Of a stretch of DNA of 64,000 nucleotides, positions 62,553 to 64,000 are shown piece by piece. Source of the DNA: Parachlamydiales bacterium (GTDB lineage: Bacteria; Chlamydiota; Chlamydiia; Chlamydiales; Rhabdochlamydiaceae). The position numbers and the translations under genes were made by a program. The notes below the pieces were generated by a model. It saw nothing but the letters and a program-made list of their open reading frames with translations. It made no database searches and had not been told where the DNA came from. The stretch spans positions 1,509 to 65,508 of the forward strand of contig DAIDHO010000006.1 of assembly GCA_027459675.1 (NCBI GenBank), read 5' to 3'. Every line of letters starts with the position of its first letter. Within the stretch, counting starts at the first letter, position 1.

Positions 62553-63725
62553 TTAATTAGACTTATTTTTTAAATCCCCTCTTATATCTAGCTTTCGTAT
62601 GAATAAAAGTGAAAGCAATTGAAATGTTAAGCTCAGGAAGGCGCTGAAAGCGATCGAGATATCATACAAAGAGCCGAGAAGGGCGCTTCCTATGAAGCCT
62701 GCGAGTCCAAATATAATGCCGAAGATTCCGTACCCCGTACTGCGCTGCTGCGGGGGGATTAAGTGAGCTAGAGCACTCCGGAAAAGAGCGGTCTGCATTC
62801 CAATAGCAATCCCCCAGAAAGAAATTCCGATCCAAATTTCGGGATGGGTTCCAAAGAAAAGCAGGAGTGGGCTTATGCTTCCTAAGACAATTCCAAAATA
62901 AAGGGAGACTTTAGGGGAAATGTCAAACCATTTTCCACCGAAGAGTGCAAAAAGAGCGGAGACTGCAATGGCTATCATGTAATAGAGAGGAATCGTAGCA
63001 GTGGTTAAGATACCATGTTTTTGTAAATGAAAGGAAATAAGAGCAAAATTTAAGGAGCCTGCTCCTACAAGAGCTGCTCCGGTAAGAAAAATCCAAAAAG
63101 AACGAGAAAAGTTTTTTAAGGAAAAAGGTTCTTTCGAAGGTTCTGCAATTTCAGGATGAGGAAAAGCACGATAGGTTTTGTAAAGGGTAAGTAAGGCCAA
63201 AGCCGCAGGAATTGCAAGAAGAGAAAAAGCCATTTTAAAATGCGGTCCTGAGGATAAAATTCTGTACATAATAAGAGGGCCAAGAAGTCCTCCACACCGG
63301 TCGAAGGCTTCGTGGAGCCCAAAGCCCCATCCTGCTTTTACTTGGCCTGCTTTTACTTGGCTACAGGCATAGGAGAGCATGGCATCGCGTGAAGGAGTAC
63401 GAAGTGCTTTCCCAGTACGTTCCAGCACAAGGAGTAGGGCTGCAAACTGCCAACTTCCAGCAAGCGCAAAAAGAGGGATCACTAAAAGATTAAACGTATA
63501 TCCTAGAGCTGTTAAAAACCAATAACTTTTCGTTTTATCTGCTACTACCCCAGAGACAAAGCGGAGGCCATAACCGGCAAATTCTGCAAGGCCCGCGAAA
63601 GTTCCCACGACAGCCCCTGAGGCTCCAAGAAGCGCAAAAAAGGGCCCGATGATACTTCGAGCTCCTTCGTAGGCGATATCAGCAAAAAAACTCACAAATC
63701 CAAGAAGAATAATTAACCTAATCAT
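62553..63725 (-). CDS. MFS transporter
   Basis: About 12 TMs; SFFADIAYEG; ERTGKALRTPSRD. Confidence 0.9.
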   Translation of the reverse strand: MIRLIILLGFVSFFADIAYEGARSIIGPFFALLGASGAVVGTFAGLAEFAGYGLRFVSGVVADKTKSYWFLTALGYTFNLLVIPLFALAGSWQFAALLLVLERTGKALRTPSRDAMLSYACSQVKAGQVKAGWGFGLHEAFDRCGGLLGPLIMYRILSSGPHFKMAFSLLAIPAALALLTLYKTYRAFPHPEIAEPSKEPFSLKNFSRSFWIFLTGAALVGAGSLNFALISFHLQKHGILTTATIPLYYMIAIAVSALFALFGGKWFDISPKVSLYFGIVLGSISPLLLFFGTHPEIWIGISFWGIAIGMQTALFRSALAHLIPPQQRSTGYGIFGIIFGLAGFIGSALLGSLYDISIAFSAFLSLTFQLLSLLFIRKLDIRGDLKNKSN

Positions 63726-63794
63726 CCAATCCTGCGTTTTCCACTCCCCTCTGAAGAGATACCAAAAAAAGTATTTTTATGTTATACTTTTATA

Positions 63795-64000
63795 ATGGAT
63801 GTTGCTGATTTTCATTGCGATCTTCTGTGGTATCTTGCCAATGACGCGAAAAGAACGGTCTATGATCCAGAGTCCCAATCTTCTGTCTCCATGTTCAAGG
63901 AAGGGAGAGTGGCAGTTCAAACATTTCCTATTTTCACTATAACAGGGAAGAGTTCCGTGAAAGAAGGCATGAAACAATTTGAAATTTTTCAGCGCCTTTC
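63795..64000 (+). CDS. Membrane dipeptidase (M19) family protein, 5' part
   Basis: Hand translation MDVADFHCDLLWYL...EGRVAVQTFPIF; open to the window end. Confidence 0.7.
   Translation, partial: MDVADFHCDLLWYLANDAKRTVYDPESQSSVSMFKEGRVAVQTFPIFTITGKSSVKEGMKQFEIFQRL

Overview
Chromosomal window from an environmental member of the phylum Chlamydiae. Chlamydial markers include an NTT nucleotide transporter, the dnaB-mnmG-lplA and tatD-sdhCAB orders, the tol-pal-LysM cluster and a Legionella/Simkania-type porin; the family cannot be fixed from the sequence alone. Housekeeping genes (topA, rpoN, uvrD, putA, groEL paralog, eno, cca, mutL, pepP, murI, sdhCAB, mnmG, dnaB, oppA, tRNA-Arg and tRNA-Ser) are interleaved with lineage-specific genes. 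Most notable: (1) a TA-flanked, about 28-bp quasi-palindrome/MITE family at 11 intergenic loci, including long forms whose core is flipped relative to the ends and copies that supply gene stop codons; (2) an AT-rich, repeat-flanked gene encoding a Sel1/TPR repeat, a trypsin-like protease and a putative ADP-ribosyltransferase-type toxin domain, split by one in-frame TAA, with a stand-alone Trypco2-like gene about 8 kb away; (3) three paralogous membrane-anchored kinase-fold proteins; (4) exported or anchored glycosyltransferases; (5) a CX5R phosphatase effector candidate; (6) a 151-aa mini-intein in DnaB; (7) a doubly degenerate REC-GGDEF protein; (8) an Inc-like operon whose first gene appears to start at ATT. 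All family assignments are by eye from motifs; no searches were run.
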